Positions 42,204 through 51,915 of a stretch of DNA of 64,000 nt are shown here, one piece after another. Each line of letters starts with the position of its first letter. Position 1 is the first letter of the stretch. A program made the position numbers and the translations under genes. The stretch covers positions 1,875 to 65,874 of the forward strand of contig MGVZ01000040.1 in NCBI GenBank assembly GCA_001800745.1, in the 5' to 3' direction. Origin of the DNA: Euryarchaeota archaeon RBG_16_67_27 (GTDB taxonomy: Archaea; Thermoplasmatota; Thermoplasmata; RBG-16-68-12). The notes below the pieces were generated by a model. That model was not told where the DNA came from, ran no database searches, and was given only the letters and a program-made list of their open reading frames with translations.

Positions 42204-42950
42204 CTTCCGGTCCCGGCTGCGTTGTCGCTGGATCGCCTCGTCGAGGGAGACCTCGCCGCGGGCGACGGCGACTGCGAGCTCCGCGGAGATCGTGACCTCG
42301 CCCTCGCTGTCGAGCCGTGACCGTCGTTGGATCTCGCGGACCTCGCCGCGTGTCGGACGAATCTCGAACGGCGGCTTGACCTGCACCCCGGGCGTCCGCG
42401 CGATGTCGATCGCGGCATCGACGTCCGGTTGCGCCGTCCTCCGCGTCGTACCGGCCTCGTCGACGACCTCCACGCGCACGCTCTCCTGGACGAGGGCGTT
42501 CAGGATCCGGTTCCGGTTCGTGGGGTCGCCGTGGCCGACCCGCACCCGGACCCGTGCCGCAGGGAACGTCCGGAGGGCCGTCCGGACCTCCTTCGCGACG
42601 GCCTCCGGGGTCTCGGCGATGCGGGTATCGAGGACCTCTCCGTCCCCGACCACGGCGACGCCCGGTGCCCGACCCGGGTCCACGCCGATGGAAAGATCCC
42701 GCCATTCCGACCGGCCTCGGAGGAGCTGCAGCGCCTTCGCGATCGCCGAGGGCAAGTCGTCCACCGGGACGACACGCGGTCCCCGGACCTCGGATGCCTC
42801 CGCCGGGGACGTGAGGATGGCCCCGACGGTCTCCGGGATCCGTCGGGAGGAGGAGAGGCTCACGAACGGGATGTCCCGGGCCCTGAGCGCAGCGACGAGG
42901 TCGTGATACAGGCGGAAATCCCCCGTGAGGATGCCGAGGACCTTGCGCAT
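42192..42950 (-). CDS. conserved hypothetical protein with putative RNase H-like (RuvC/YqgF-type) core
   Basis: From ORF 42192..43064; ATG 42950 (MRKVLGILTGDFRLYHDL...). The central DLSIGVDPGRAPGVAVVGDGEVL resembles the first beta-strand/Asp motif of RuvC/YqgF-like nucleases. The assignment is tentative. Confidence 0.45.
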   Translation of the reverse strand: MRKVLGILTGDFRLYHDLVAALRARDIPFVSLSSSRRIPETVGAILTSPAEASEVRGPRVVPVDDLPSAIAKALQLLRGRSEWRDLSIGVDPGRAPGVAVVGDGEVLDTRIAETPEAVAKEVRTALRTFPAARVRVRVGHGDPTNRNRILNALVQESVRVEVVDEAGTTRRTAQPDVDAAIDIARTPGVQVKPPFEIRPTRGEVREIQRRSRLDSEGEVTISAELAVAVARGEVSLDEAIQRQRSRDRKSED

Positions 42951-43090
42951 CTCGACCGCGTTAACGGCCTCGCGGGAGATAACCCTTGGCCGGGCGCGTG
43001 ATATCAGAGTTGATTCACACCGGTGAAAATCTGCCCGGAACCGATTCATACGCAGGAGGACCATCGGAGCGTCGGAGGAACCGCCCCGAA

Positions 43091-43237
43091 ATGGCTGCTG
43101 AGACGGGCCAAGAACTCGACTCGAAGGGTCTGCTTCTCAGGGACGCGCTCGCGATCTTGACCGTGGTCGGTGCCCTCGTCGCCTTCTACGGGATGATCAA
43201 GCTGGTCTCGTTCCTCGCCGGGATTCCGTTCCCCTAG
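43091..43237 (+). CDS. small single-pass membrane protein (48 aa), hypothetical
   Basis: From ORF 42986..43237; ATG 43091 ([48 protein letters not shown]). It has one clear TM helix. Its stop shares a CCTAGG palindrome with the convergent dnaJ stop. Confidence 0.35.
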   Translation: MAAETGQELDSKGLLLRDALAILTVVGALVAFYGMIKLVSFLAGIPFP

Positions 43238-44403
43238 GGTTCCCGGAACCGATCGAGGAGTCGACGTCGACCGTCGCCGGTTTTCTCCAGTTCCGCAAGG
43301 CGCTCGAAGAGCTTGCGCTCCTCCGCGCTCAGCCGCTTGGGCGTAATCACCATCACGCGGACGAGCTGGTCCCCGCGCCCCGAGTCTCGGAAGGGGGGGA
43401 GGCCCTTCCCCCGGAGACGGAGGAGGGTGTGGGTCTCCGTCCCCGCGGGAATCCGGAGCCGCGCGAATCCGTCGATTGTCGGGACGTCGACCTCCGCACC
43501 CAGCGCGGCCTGCGCGAACCCAATCGGGAGGTCCATGAGGAGGGCGGCGCCATCGCGCTCGAACGTGGGATGGCGCGAGACATGCACGACGACGTAGAGA
43601 TCCCCGGGCGCCGCTCCGCGCTCCCCGGCCTCTCCCCGTCCCGGGACCCGGAGCTGGAGGCCGTCGGGAGCGCCCGCGGGGACCTCCACCGCGATCCGCC
43701 GCATCTCCGCGACGCGGCCCTCCCCTGCACAGGGCTTGCACGGGACGTCCGGCCATTGGCCGCGTCCCTGGCATTTCCGGCACGCGCCGACGGTGATGAA
43801 CTGGCTGTAGCCTCGCCGCTGGGAATGGCTCACCTGGCCGCGTCCCCCGCACGTAGGACATGTGACCATGCGCCGGCCCTCCGCCCCGGTGCCGTCGCAC
43901 GCGGGGCACGGCGTGTCGTAGGGCAGCGTGAGCTCCCGCCGGACGGGGCGCAGGAGGTCTTCGAGGCCGACCTCGACATCGACGCGGACGCTCCGACCCG
44001 GGGCCGGCCCCCGCCGCCGGCCGAGACCGCCGCCCATGAGATCCTCGACCAGGCTTCCCCCTACCCCGGACCGGCCGAAGAACGTCGAGAAGAAGTCCCG
44101 GCCGAAGATGTCCTCGATGTCCGACGCGTGAGTGAAGCGGGACCAGTCGAAGCCTTCCCCGCCCCAGACCTGCTGTCGGAGCCCTTCCGCACCGTACTCG
44201 TCGTAGATCCGACGCTTGTCCTCGTCGACGAGCGCCTCATACGCCTCGGAGACCTGCTTGAACTTCTCCTCCGAGGCTTTCGGGTTCTCCTTGTTCAGGT
44301 CGGGATGGTGCTTCTTCGCGAGCCTGCGGTACGCGCGCTTGATCTCGTCCTTCGTCGCCCCGCGCGGGACGCCGAGGGTCCCATAGTAGTCGGGTTCGCC
44401 CAT
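43234..44403 (-). CDS. dnaJ: molecular chaperone DnaJ (Hsp40)
   Basis: J-domain with HPD (KKHHPDLNK), a G/F-rich region and four CxxCxGxG zinc motifs ([32 protein letters not shown]). Confidence 0.95.
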   Translation of the reverse strand: MGEPDYYGTLGVPRGATKDEIKRAYRRLAKKHHPDLNKENPKASEEKFKQVSEAYEALVDEDKRRIYDEYGAEGLRQQVWGGEGFDWSRFTHASDIEDIFGRDFFSTFFGRSGVGGSLVEDLMGGGLGRRRGPAPGRSVRVDVEVGLEDLLRPVRRELTLPYDTPCPACDGTGAEGRRMVTCPTCGGRGQVSHSQRRGYSQFITVGACRKCQGRGQWPDVPCKPCAGEGRVAEMRRIAVEVPAGAPDGLQLRVPGRGEAGERGAAPGDLYVVVHVSRHPTFERDGAALLMDLPIGFAQAALGAEVDVPTIDGFARLRIPAGTETHTLLRLRGKGLPPFRDSGRGDQLVRVMVITPKRLSAEERKLFERLAELEKTGDGRRRLLDRFREP

Positions 44404-44433
44404 GCCCAGCTCGTTCTGCGATATCCGCCGCGT

Positions 44434-46266
44434 CTACTTCTTGTCTACGTCCTCGAAGTCTGCATCCACGACCCCGGGTCCCTCAGGTCCCGGTTCCCCT
44501 CCGGAGGGGGGCGGCGCCGACGGTTGCCCCTGTTGGTACATCTCGAGCCCGATCTTCTGCGCCTCCCTCTGCAGCTCCTCCATTGCCCGCCGGAGCTCCG
44601 AGATATCGTCGGAGTGCTGGACCTTCTTCAGCGCCTCGACCGCCGCCTCGACGGCATTGCGCGTCGCCTCGGAGATCTTGGAAGCCAGCTCCTTGAGCAT
44701 CTTCTCCGTGGAGTAGACGAGGGAATCGGCCTGGTTCCGGGCCTCGACGAGCTCCCGGCGCCTGCGGTCGTCCTCCGCATAGATCTCGGCGTCCTTCATC
44801 GCCTGGTCGATCTTCGCATGGTCCATCCGCTGGGGTGCCATGATCGTGAGCTTCTCCGTCTTGCCTGTCGCCTTGTCCGTCGCGGCCACGTTCAGGATGC
44901 CATTCGCGTCGATGTCGAACGTGACCTCGATCTGGGGGACGTGCCTCGGCGCGGGCGGGATCCCCGACAGGAGGAACTTCCCCAGGCTCACGTTCTGGTC
45001 CGCCATCGGCCGCTCGCCTTGGAGGACGTGGACCTCGACCGTCGTCTGGCTGTCCGCCGCGGTTGTGAAGGTCTCGCCCTTCCGCGTGGGGATCGTCGCG
45101 TTCCGCTCGATGAGCTTGTGCACAATCCCCCCTTGGGTCTCCACGCCCAGGCTCAGGGGCGTCACGTCGAGGAGGAGGATGTCCTTCACCTCGCCGCTCA
45201 GGACGGCCCCCTGGATCGCCGCGCCGAGGGCCACGCACTGCATGGGGTCGACACCGCGCTCCGGGGGCCGCCCGAGGATCCTCTCGAACCGCTCGCGGAC
45301 TACGGGCATCCGGGTCGGGCCTCCGACGAGGATGACGTGGTTCACGTCCTTCGGCTCCCATTTCGCGTCCTTGAACGCCTGGCGAATCGGGGTCTCGAGA
45401 CGCGCGAGCACGGGCTCAATCAGGGACTCCAGCTTCGCGCGGGACAGCTTCCGCTCCAGGTGGAGGGGCTGGCCTCCCTTCTGCGCGATGAACGGGAGGT
45501 TAATCGTCGTCTCCACGGTGCTCGAGAGCTCGATCTTCGCCTTCTCTCCCGCGTCGCGGAGGCGCTGCATCGCCTGGCGGTCCCCGGACAGGTCGACGCC
45601 GTGCTCGCTCCGGCACTCGGAGGCGAGCCACTGGACGAGCGCGTTGTCCATGTCGAGCCCCCCGAGCTGGGTATCGCCGGAAGTGGAGGCGACCTCGAAG
45701 ACGCCGTCGCCCATCTCCATCAGAGTCACGTCGAAGGTTCCGCCTCCGAGATCCAGGACGCAGATCCTGCCCTCACCCTTCTTGTCGAGGCCGTAGGCAA
45801 GCGCCGCGGCCGTCGGCTCGTTCACGAGCCGGAGAACCTCGAGCCCCGCGATCTTGCCCGCGTCCTTCGTCGCCTGGCGCTGGTTGTCATTGAAGTACGC
45901 GGGGACGGTGATCACGGCCTGGGAGATCTTCTCCCCGAGGAAGGCCTCCGCGTCCGTCCTGATTTTCCGGAGGACCATCGCGGAGATCTCCGGCGGCGAG
46001 TAGTCCTTCCCGTCGATCCGGACCTTGTGGTCCGTCCCCATCTTCCGCTTGATTTGCATGACCGTCTTCTCGGGGTTGAGCACGGCCTGGCGCTTCGCGG
46101 GCTCGCCGACGAGGATCCCATCTTTCGTGAACCCGACGACGGACGGGAACATCTTGCCCCCATACGTGGAGCCCTCGGCACTCGGGATGATCTTCGGCGC
46201 GCCCTGTTCCATATACGCGGCCTCGGAATTGGTCGTCCCGAGGTCGATTCCGATGATCCTAGGCAT
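44434..46266 (-). CDS. dnaK: molecular chaperone DnaK (Hsp70)
   Basis: 610 aa with [18 protein letters not shown] and [11 protein letters not shown] signatures throughout. Confidence 0.97.
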   Translation of the reverse strand: MPRIIGIDLGTTNSEAAYMEQGAPKIIPSAEGSTYGGKMFPSVVGFTKDGILVGEPAKRQAVLNPEKTVMQIKRKMGTDHKVRIDGKDYSPPEISAMVLRKIRTDAEAFLGEKISQAVITVPAYFNDNQRQATKDAGKIAGLEVLRLVNEPTAAALAYGLDKKGEGRICVLDLGGGTFDVTLMEMGDGVFEVASTSGDTQLGGLDMDNALVQWLASECRSEHGVDLSGDRQAMQRLRDAGEKAKIELSSTVETTINLPFIAQKGGQPLHLERKLSRAKLESLIEPVLARLETPIRQAFKDAKWEPKDVNHVILVGGPTRMPVVRERFERILGRPPERGVDPMQCVALGAAIQGAVLSGEVKDILLLDVTPLSLGVETQGGIVHKLIERNATIPTRKGETFTTAADSQTTVEVHVLQGERPMADQNVSLGKFLLSGIPPAPRHVPQIEVTFDIDANGILNVAATDKATGKTEKLTIMAPQRMDHAKIDQAMKDAEIYAEDDRRRRELVEARNQADSLVYSTEKMLKELASKISEATRNAVEAAVEALKKVQHSDDISELRRAMEELQREAQKIGLEMYQQGQPSAPPPSGGEPGPEGPGVVDADFEDVDKK

Positions 46267-46792
46267 TCGAATCTCCTCCGTTTCTCACAACGATGACTTG
46301 CGCGGGACGCAGGATCCGGTCCTGCAACCGGTACCCTTTGCGGACGACCTCCTTGACGGTGCCGTCCGGCACCCCGGATTCGGGAACCCACTGGATGCAG
46401 TCGTGAACATAGGGATCGAACGTGGCCCCGTGGGCGGGGATCTCCTGGAGGCCGGCCTCGGAGAGCGCCCTGAGGAGGTTGCCGTGGACCATCCGGAGAC
46501 CCTTCGAGGCGTCTCCCTGGACGCTCGCGAGGGCGGCGTCGAAATCATCGAGGACCGGGAGCAGCCGGGCGACGAGGGCCTCGTGCGCGACCTTCACGAG
46601 AGCTTCCGCGTCGCGTGCCGTCCGCTTGCGGAAGTTCTCGAAATCCGCCTGGAGGTATTGCAGCCGTTCGAACAGGTCAAGCCGCTCCCGCCGGGTCGCC
46701 TCGAGTTCCTCCTTCAGATCCGAGCTGGCCGGGGCCTCGCGCCCCTCGGGCGTCGCGCCCGACTCATCGACGGGTCGAGTCTCCTCAGACAT
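46259..46792 (-). CDS. grpE: nucleotide exchange factor GrpE
   Basis: From ORF 46259..47062; ATG 46792 (MSEETRP...). ..[15 protein letters not shown].. and the C-terminal ..[14 protein letters not shown].. are GrpE hallmarks. It overlaps the dnaK start by 8 nt. Confidence 0.9.
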   Translation of the reverse strand: MSEETRPVDESGATPEGREAPASSDLKEELEATRRERLDLFERLQYLQADFENFRKRTARDAEALVKVAHEALVARLLPVLDDFDAALASVQGDASKGLRMVHGNLLRALSEAGLQEIPAHGATFDPYVHDCIQWVPESGVPDGTVKEVVRKGYRLQDRILRPAQVIVVRNGGDSNA

Positions 46793-47018
46793 GGCCGTGA
46801 CCCTTGAGGATGCGACCCGATGTGCGCCTCGAAGGTCGCGCGAACCAAGGCGTGGGGCGGCACACGGGTCCGTCCCCATGACAGGAGGGTGCGGGGAACG
46901 GGAGGCCCGCGGGACGATCCCGCGGACGGGACGGCCGACGAGAAGAGTCGCGGGGCCCGAAGGGCCCCGGGAACCGGCCGGCGTCCATGGAGACCACCCG
47001 GGCCTCCCCGAGGCCCGC

Positions 47019-48668
47019 TCAGAACTCCTCGCCGTCGCCCCCTTCGCCGCCCTCGCCGCCACCCTTGCCGGCGCCCTTCCCCATCTCGCCCGCCTTCGCG
47101 GCGATCACGTCGTCGATGCGGAGGATCATGACCGCCGCATCCGTCGCCGAGGAGATCGCCTGGGTGCCCACGCGGAGCGGCTCAATCACGTTCTCCGTCT
47201 TCATGTTGGAGACCTTCCCCGTGAACACGTTGATGCCCGCGTACTTGCTCCCCTGGCTGTGCGCCTTCCGGAGCGCGATGAGCGTGTCGATCGGGTCGAG
47301 GCCCGCGTTCTCGGAGAGGGTCCTCGGAACGACCTCGACCGCGTCCGCGAATGCCTCGATCGCGATCTGCTCCCGTCCGCCGACCGTCGCCGCGAAGTTT
47401 CGCAGCCCGAGGGCGATTTCCATCGCCGTGGAGCCCCCGCCCGTGATCACCTTGCCGTCCTCGATCGCGACCGCGACCACGGACGTGCTGTCCTCGAGGG
47501 ACCGCTCGACCTCGTCGACGACGTGCTCGGTGCCGCCGCGGATGAGGATCGACACGGCCTTCGGGTTCTTGCAGCCCGTGACGAACGTCATCTCGTCGTC
47601 GCCGATCTTCTTCTCGAAGACGAGCTTGGCGTACCCGAGGTCGTCCTTCGAGAGCTCGTCGAGCTTCGTGACGATCTTGCCGCCCGTCGCCTTCGCGAGC
47701 TTCTCCATGTCGGACTTCTTGACCCGGCGGACCGCGTAGATCTCCTGCTTGGCGAGGTAGTGCTGCGCGAGGTCGTCGATGCCCTTCTGACAGAACACGA
47801 CGGTGGCGCCACTCTTCCGGACGATCTCGACCATCCGCTTGAGCATCGCTTCCTCCTCATTGAGGAACGCTTGGAGCTGCGTCGGGTCCGTGATCTCGAT
47901 CTTCGCGTCGATCTCCGTCTTCTTCACCTCGAGCGCCGAGTCGAGGAGAGCGACCTTCGCGTCCTTGACCTCGCTTGGCATCCCGGGATGCACGCGCTCT
48001 TTGTCGACGATGATCCCGTCGACGAGCTCCGTGTCCGCGATCGAGTGACCTTGCTTCTTCACGATCTGGATGTTGTCGTCATCGACGAAGTACGAGCCGT
48101 CCGCCCTCTGCTCAGCGACCGTGGAGACCGCCTTCACGGAGATGTCCGCGAGGTGCTCCTTGTGGCCGCTCGCCGACTTCGAGGACATCGCGGTCATCGC
48201 GACCTTCTTCAGGACGTCGGCGTCCTTGATCGTCACCCGGGAGGCGACCTTCTCGATCACGTCCTTCGCGCGGTCGCTCGCAAGGCGGTATCCTGCGGCG
48301 ATCACGGTCGGGTGGATGTTCTGCTCGACGAGGTCCTCCGCCTTCTTGAGGAGTTCCCCGGCGAGGATCACGGCGGTCGTCGTCCCGTCGCCGGCTTCCT
48401 CGTCCTGGGTCTTCGCGACCTCGACGAGCATCTTTGCGGCGGGGTGCTCGATGTCGATCTCCTTCAGGATCGTGACCCCGTCGTTCGTGATCACGACGTC
48501 CCCGAGGCTGTCGACGAGCATCTTGTCCATCCCACGCGGGCCGAGGGTCGATCGGACGGCGTCCGCCACGGCCTTTGCGGCCGCGATGTTGTTGAACTGC
48601 GCGCCCTTTCCCCGGTCCCGGCGGGTCCCTTCCTTCAAGACGAAAATGGGTGTTCCTGCTGGCATCAT
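47019..48668 (-). CDS. ths: thermosome subunit (group II chaperonin)
   Basis: 549 aa; ..[59 protein letters not shown].. and a C-terminal GGEGG-rich tail. Confidence 0.97.
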   Translation of the reverse strand: MMPAGTPIFVLKEGTRRDRGKGAQFNNIAAAKAVADAVRSTLGPRGMDKMLVDSLGDVVITNDGVTILKEIDIEHPAAKMLVEVAKTQDEEAGDGTTTAVILAGELLKKAEDLVEQNIHPTVIAAGYRLASDRAKDVIEKVASRVTIKDADVLKKVAMTAMSSKSASGHKEHLADISVKAVSTVAEQRADGSYFVDDDNIQIVKKQGHSIADTELVDGIIVDKERVHPGMPSEVKDAKVALLDSALEVKKTEIDAKIEITDPTQLQAFLNEEEAMLKRMVEIVRKSGATVVFCQKGIDDLAQHYLAKQEIYAVRRVKKSDMEKLAKATGGKIVTKLDELSKDDLGYAKLVFEKKIGDDEMTFVTGCKNPKAVSILIRGGTEHVVDEVERSLEDSTSVVAVAIEDGKVITGGGSTAMEIALGLRNFAATVGGREQIAIEAFADAVEVVPRTLSENAGLDPIDTLIALRKAHSQGSKYAGINVFTGKVSNMKTENVIEPLRVGTQAISSATDAAVMILRIDDVIAAKAGEMGKGAGKGGGEGGEGGDGEEF

Positions 48669-48719
48669 GGTAGCGTTCCTCCGTAGAGGGAAATAGTCGG
48701 TCGCCTATGTTGGGACTTC

Positions 48720-48727
48720 TATATAAA
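48720..48727 (-). promoter_or_regulatory. TATA box (TTTATATA) of the thermosome promoter
   Basis: It is a perfect match to the archaeal TTTAWATA consensus on the minus strand, 52 nt upstream of ATG 48668. A GGAGG lies in the predicted leader. Confidence 0.6.
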
Positions 48728-48811
48728 CATAACGTGTGCGGTCCCCGCGGGCTCCAGGGGCGGGACCGACCGTGCGATAATTCTATATTGACCGAGCCTG
48801 TAGCGCGCGGC

Positions 48812-49579
48812 ATGAAGGAGCTCCTTCTGGAGCTCGCGGACGCGGTCCAGCGGGCCGTGGCCCAGCTCGAGGGCGACCCAGGGGAGGTCGTCGGCCGTGG
48901 GGCGGATGGAGCGCCGAGCGCACGGATCGACCGGGCAGCGGAAGCCGCGGTTCTCCGCGTGCTCGACTACGAGGGGGCGACGTTCGACGTGCTCAGCGAG
49001 GAGGAGGGATTCGTCGACCGGGGAGGGGACGCGACCCTCGTCCTCGATCCGATCGACGGCACGCACAACGCGATCCGCGGGGTGCCGGCATACTCCGTCT
49101 CCCTCGCGATCGGGCGGAGGAGTCTCTCCGACGTCGAGGAGGGCCTCGTCCGTGACCTCGTCACGGGTGCGACGTACTACGCGGCGAAGGGACGCGGCGC
49201 CCAGAGGAACAACCGCGAGGTCCGCGCGCGCCCGTTCGACCCGCACGACTCCCTGTTCAGCGTCTACCTCGGCACGAACGCGGCGCCAGACGCCGCCCAG
49301 GTCGCTTCCCGTGCGCGCCGGGTCCGGAACCTCGGTGCGGCGTCCCTGGACCTCTGCCTCGTCGCGACGGGCGCCGCGGACATGTACTACATGCACAGCG
49401 CGGTGCAGGAGTCAAAGCTCCGCGCCGTGGACATCGCCGCCGGGACGCTGATCGTCCGAGAGGCCGGGGGGCACGTCCTCGACCTCGATGGCAACGAGCT
49501 CGACCTGCCCCTGCGCGCGGACGCGCGGACGGACCTCGTCGCGGTGGGCGACCGGAAAGTACTGGAGGTGATCCGTTGA
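48812..49579 (+). CDS. inositol monophosphatase / FBPase-family phosphatase (possible NADP phosphatase)
   Basis: From ORF 48707..49579; ATG 48812 lies 23 nt after TATATT (48784-48789). Motifs are SEEEG and LVLDPIDGTHN, plus a C-terminal ..DIAAG.. typical of the IMPase family. Confidence 0.85.
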   Translation: MKELLLELADAVQRAVAQLEGDPGEVVGRGADGAPSARIDRAAEAAVLRVLDYEGATFDVLSEEEGFVDRGGDATLVLDPIDGTHNAIRGVPAYSVSLAIGRRSLSDVEEGLVRDLVTGATYYAAKGRGAQRNNREVRARPFDPHDSLFSVYLGTNAAPDAAQVASRARRVRNLGAASLDLCLVATGAADMYYMHSAVQESKLRAVDIAAGTLIVREAGGHVLDLDGNELDLPLRADARTDLVAVGDRKVLEVIR

Positions 49580-50382
49580 AGTTCGGCGTCACGGCGAACC
49601 CGCAGATCCCGAGCGCACGGGAGGCGGCGAAGCGAATCGTCGGTCTCCTCGATCGCAAGCACGAGGTGCTCATCGAGACGGACCTCGCGCAGAGCCTGGG
49701 GGCGTCGGGTATCGCCCTCGCGGACATGCGCCCGGACGTGCTCCTCGCGGTCGGCGGAGACGGCACAATCCTGCGGGCACTCCAGCTCTCCGACGCAATC
49801 GTGTTCGGGATCAACTCGGGGTCCCTCGGGTTCCTTGCGGAGGCGTACGCGGACGAGGTGGGGGTCTACCTCGAAAGGATCGCGGAAGGGGACTACAGGG
49901 TCGAGGAGCGCCTCCGCCTCAAGGTCACGGTCGACGGGAGGCGTTCCTACGACTGCGCGAACGAGGCCGTCGTCCACACCGCACATGTCGCGAAGATCCG
50001 GCATTTTGAGATTCGCGTCGACGGTACCGTCGCGCAACGGGTCCGCGCGGACGGGATCGTGATTGCGACGCCGACGGGCTCGACGTCGTATTCGATGTCC
50101 GCGGGCGGACCGATCGTGGATCCCCGCGTGGACGCAATCATGGTGACGGCGATCGCGCCGTTCAAGCCTGCGATGCGCGCATACGTGTTCCCCGCGACGA
50201 GCGAGGTGAGCGTCCGCCTCGTGAAGCCGCGGGAGTGCCTCCTCGTCCTCGACGGCCAGCACGAGTTCGTCCTCAAGGGGGCGGAGGACGTCGTGCTCAC
50301 GGGGTCCGAGCGCCGGGCGCGCTTCGTCCGGTTCCGTGACGACTTCTACCGCCGGATCGAAGAGAAGCTCTCCCGCCAGTGA
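49576..50382 (+). CDS. nadK: NAD+ kinase
   Basis: 268 aa with the GGDGT motif (LLAVGGDGTILRA), NxxxLGFL-type (INSGSLGFLAE) and ATPTGSTSYSMSAGGP. The TTG start overlaps the IMPase stop (TTGA). Confidence 0.9.
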   Translation: MKFGVTANPQIPSAREAAKRIVGLLDRKHEVLIETDLAQSLGASGIALADMRPDVLLAVGGDGTILRALQLSDAIVFGINSGSLGFLAEAYADEVGVYLERIAEGDYRVEERLRLKVTVDGRRSYDCANEAVVHTAHVAKIRHFEIRVDGTVAQRVRADGIVIATPTGSTSYSMSAGGPIVDPRVDAIMVTAIAPFKPAMRAYVFPATSEVSVRLVKPRECLLVLDGQHEFVLKGAEDVVLTGSERRARFVRFRDDFYRRIEEKLSRQ

Positions 50383-50391
50383 CCTGATCCC

Positions 50392-50769
50392 ATGCCGAAG
50401 CGAGTCGACGCAATCGTGCGGAAGACCTTGCGGATGATCCTCGAGGCCTCGCGGGACATGCATCCGCGGGAGTTCGGGGCAATCCTCCGCGCGGAGGAAG
50501 GCACGATCACCGAGCTGCTCCTCCTCCCCGGCACCGTGTCGGGCGAGAGGCACGCCGTGTTCCAGTTCCACATGCTACCGGCGGACTTCTCCGTTGTCGG
50601 CACGATCCACTCCCATCCGAACGGGGTCCTGGAGCCGTCGGACGAGGACCTGCGGCTGTTCAGCAAGTTCGGCGGCGTGCACATCATCGTCGGCCATCCG
50701 TACTCGGAGGGCTCCTGGGCCGGCTGGACCTACGCGGGCGAGCGCATCCCGCTCCGGGTCGTGTCCTGA
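50392..50769 (+). CDS. JAB1/MPN/Mov34 (JAMM) metalloprotease
   Basis: 125 aa with an E (REFGAILRAEEG) followed by HSHPNGVLEPSDEDL, the canonical JAMM motif (HxHx7Sx2D). Confidence 0.85.
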   Translation: MPKRVDAIVRKTLRMILEASRDMHPREFGAILRAEEGTITELLLLPGTVSGERHAVFQFHMLPADFSVVGTIHSHPNGVLEPSDEDLRLFSKFGGVHIIVGHPYSEGSWAGWTYAGERIPLRVVS

Positions 50770-51905
50770 CCGGACTTCGATGCGAGGACGGCCGCGTAGA
50801 TCTCCTCGATCCGATCCGTCACCCGGTCGATGCTGAACGAGGACAGGACCTTCTCCCGGCCCCGTCGACCCATCTCCTCCCGCAGGGCGGGGTCCCCCAG
50901 GAGCCGGCGGATCTTCTCCGCGAGGTCCTGCGGGTTCACGGGTTCTGCGAGCAGTCCTTCCCTCCCGTCGTCGATGACCTCGCGGAGGCCGGGGATGTCC
51001 GCAACGACGACGGGTTTTGCGGTCGCCATGGCCTCGAGGGCGGCAATTCCGAATGCCTCCAGGCGCGAGACGCTCGGGAGCACGAAGACGTCGCATGCGG
51101 CATAGAGGTGGGGGAGATCCTCTTCCGGGATGCGACCGAGGAACCGCACGCGGTCGGAGACCTCGAGGCTCCGCGCGAGCGCCCGCATCGCGGCGAGGGA
51201 GGATCCCTCTCCCGCGACGAGGAAGACGGCGTCCCGGACGTATCGCGCGGCCTCGACGAAGTGCTCGATCCCCTTGTGAGGGACGATCCGCGCGACGAGG
51301 AGGACCACCGGGCGATCCCGAGGGACCGCGTGGGCCTGCCGGAAGGCGGATGGATCCACATCAGGGCGGAAGCGACGGTCGTCAACCGCGTTGGGGACGA
51401 CGAGGGGGTTGTATCGAAACACCGTGCGGCTCGTCATCGCGTATGTCCGCGTCGTCACAATCACCCGGTCCGCGCGCCGGAGGGTCGACGCGCCGAAACT
51501 CCGGCGGTAGAACCCCTCGACGAGAGGACCGAGGGGCGACGCAAGTTCCGCGTCGCAGTGATACGTGACGACGAACGGGAGCCGTCGCTCCCGCGCGACG
51601 ACGGACGCATAGTACGAGGTCAGCGGAGGCGGGGAGTGGGCGTGGATGAGGTCCGCCGGAAGGCCCCGGAGGACGCGTTTGATCCGCGGCGCCAGCGGGG
51701 TGCGAAACAGGACCGCACGGGAGCGGACCCGGACGACGCGCACCCCGTGGATGACTTCTGACGGTGGGGACGCCGGATTGTCGCGGGCCGTGACGACGGT
51801 GACCTCATGGCCCCGCGAGGCGAGTTCGGCGGAGAGGGTCATCACATGGCTCTCGACGCCCCCCAGGTGCGGAGAGAACCAGGGAGAGACCTGGGCGATT
51901 TGCAT
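50730..51905 (-). CDS. glycosyltransferase family 4 (GT-B fold)
   Basis: From ORF 50730..52016; ATG 51905 (MQIAQVSPWFSPHLGGVESHV...). The C-terminal domain has LPSVSRLEAFGIAALEAMA (E-x7-E). Confidence 0.85.
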   Translation of the reverse strand: MQIAQVSPWFSPHLGGVESHVMTLSAELASRGHEVTVVTARDNPASPPSEVIHGVRVVRVRSRAVLFRTPLAPRIKRVLRGLPADLIHAHSPPPLTSYYASVVARERRLPFVVTYHCDAELASPLGPLVEGFYRRSFGASTLRRADRVIVTTRTYAMTSRTVFRYNPLVVPNAVDDRRFRPDVDPSAFRQAHAVPRDRPVVLLVARIVPHKGIEHFVEAARYVRDAVFLVAGEGSSLAAMRALARSLEVSDRVRFLGRIPEEDLPHLYAACDVFVLPSVSRLEAFGIAALEAMATAKPVVVADIPGLREVIDDGREGLLAEPVNPQDLAEKIRRLLGDPALREEMGRRGREKVLSSFSIDRVTDRIEEIYAAVLASKSGQDTTRSGMRSPA

Positions 51906-51915
51906 CGACGGCCCC

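Noticed and set aside
43429-46296. 955-aa plus-strand ORF antisense to dnaJ/dnaK
   Set aside because: It is a shadow ORF opposite two unmistakable chaperone genes. Composition is dominated by R/L/P/D/E with no recognisable domain.
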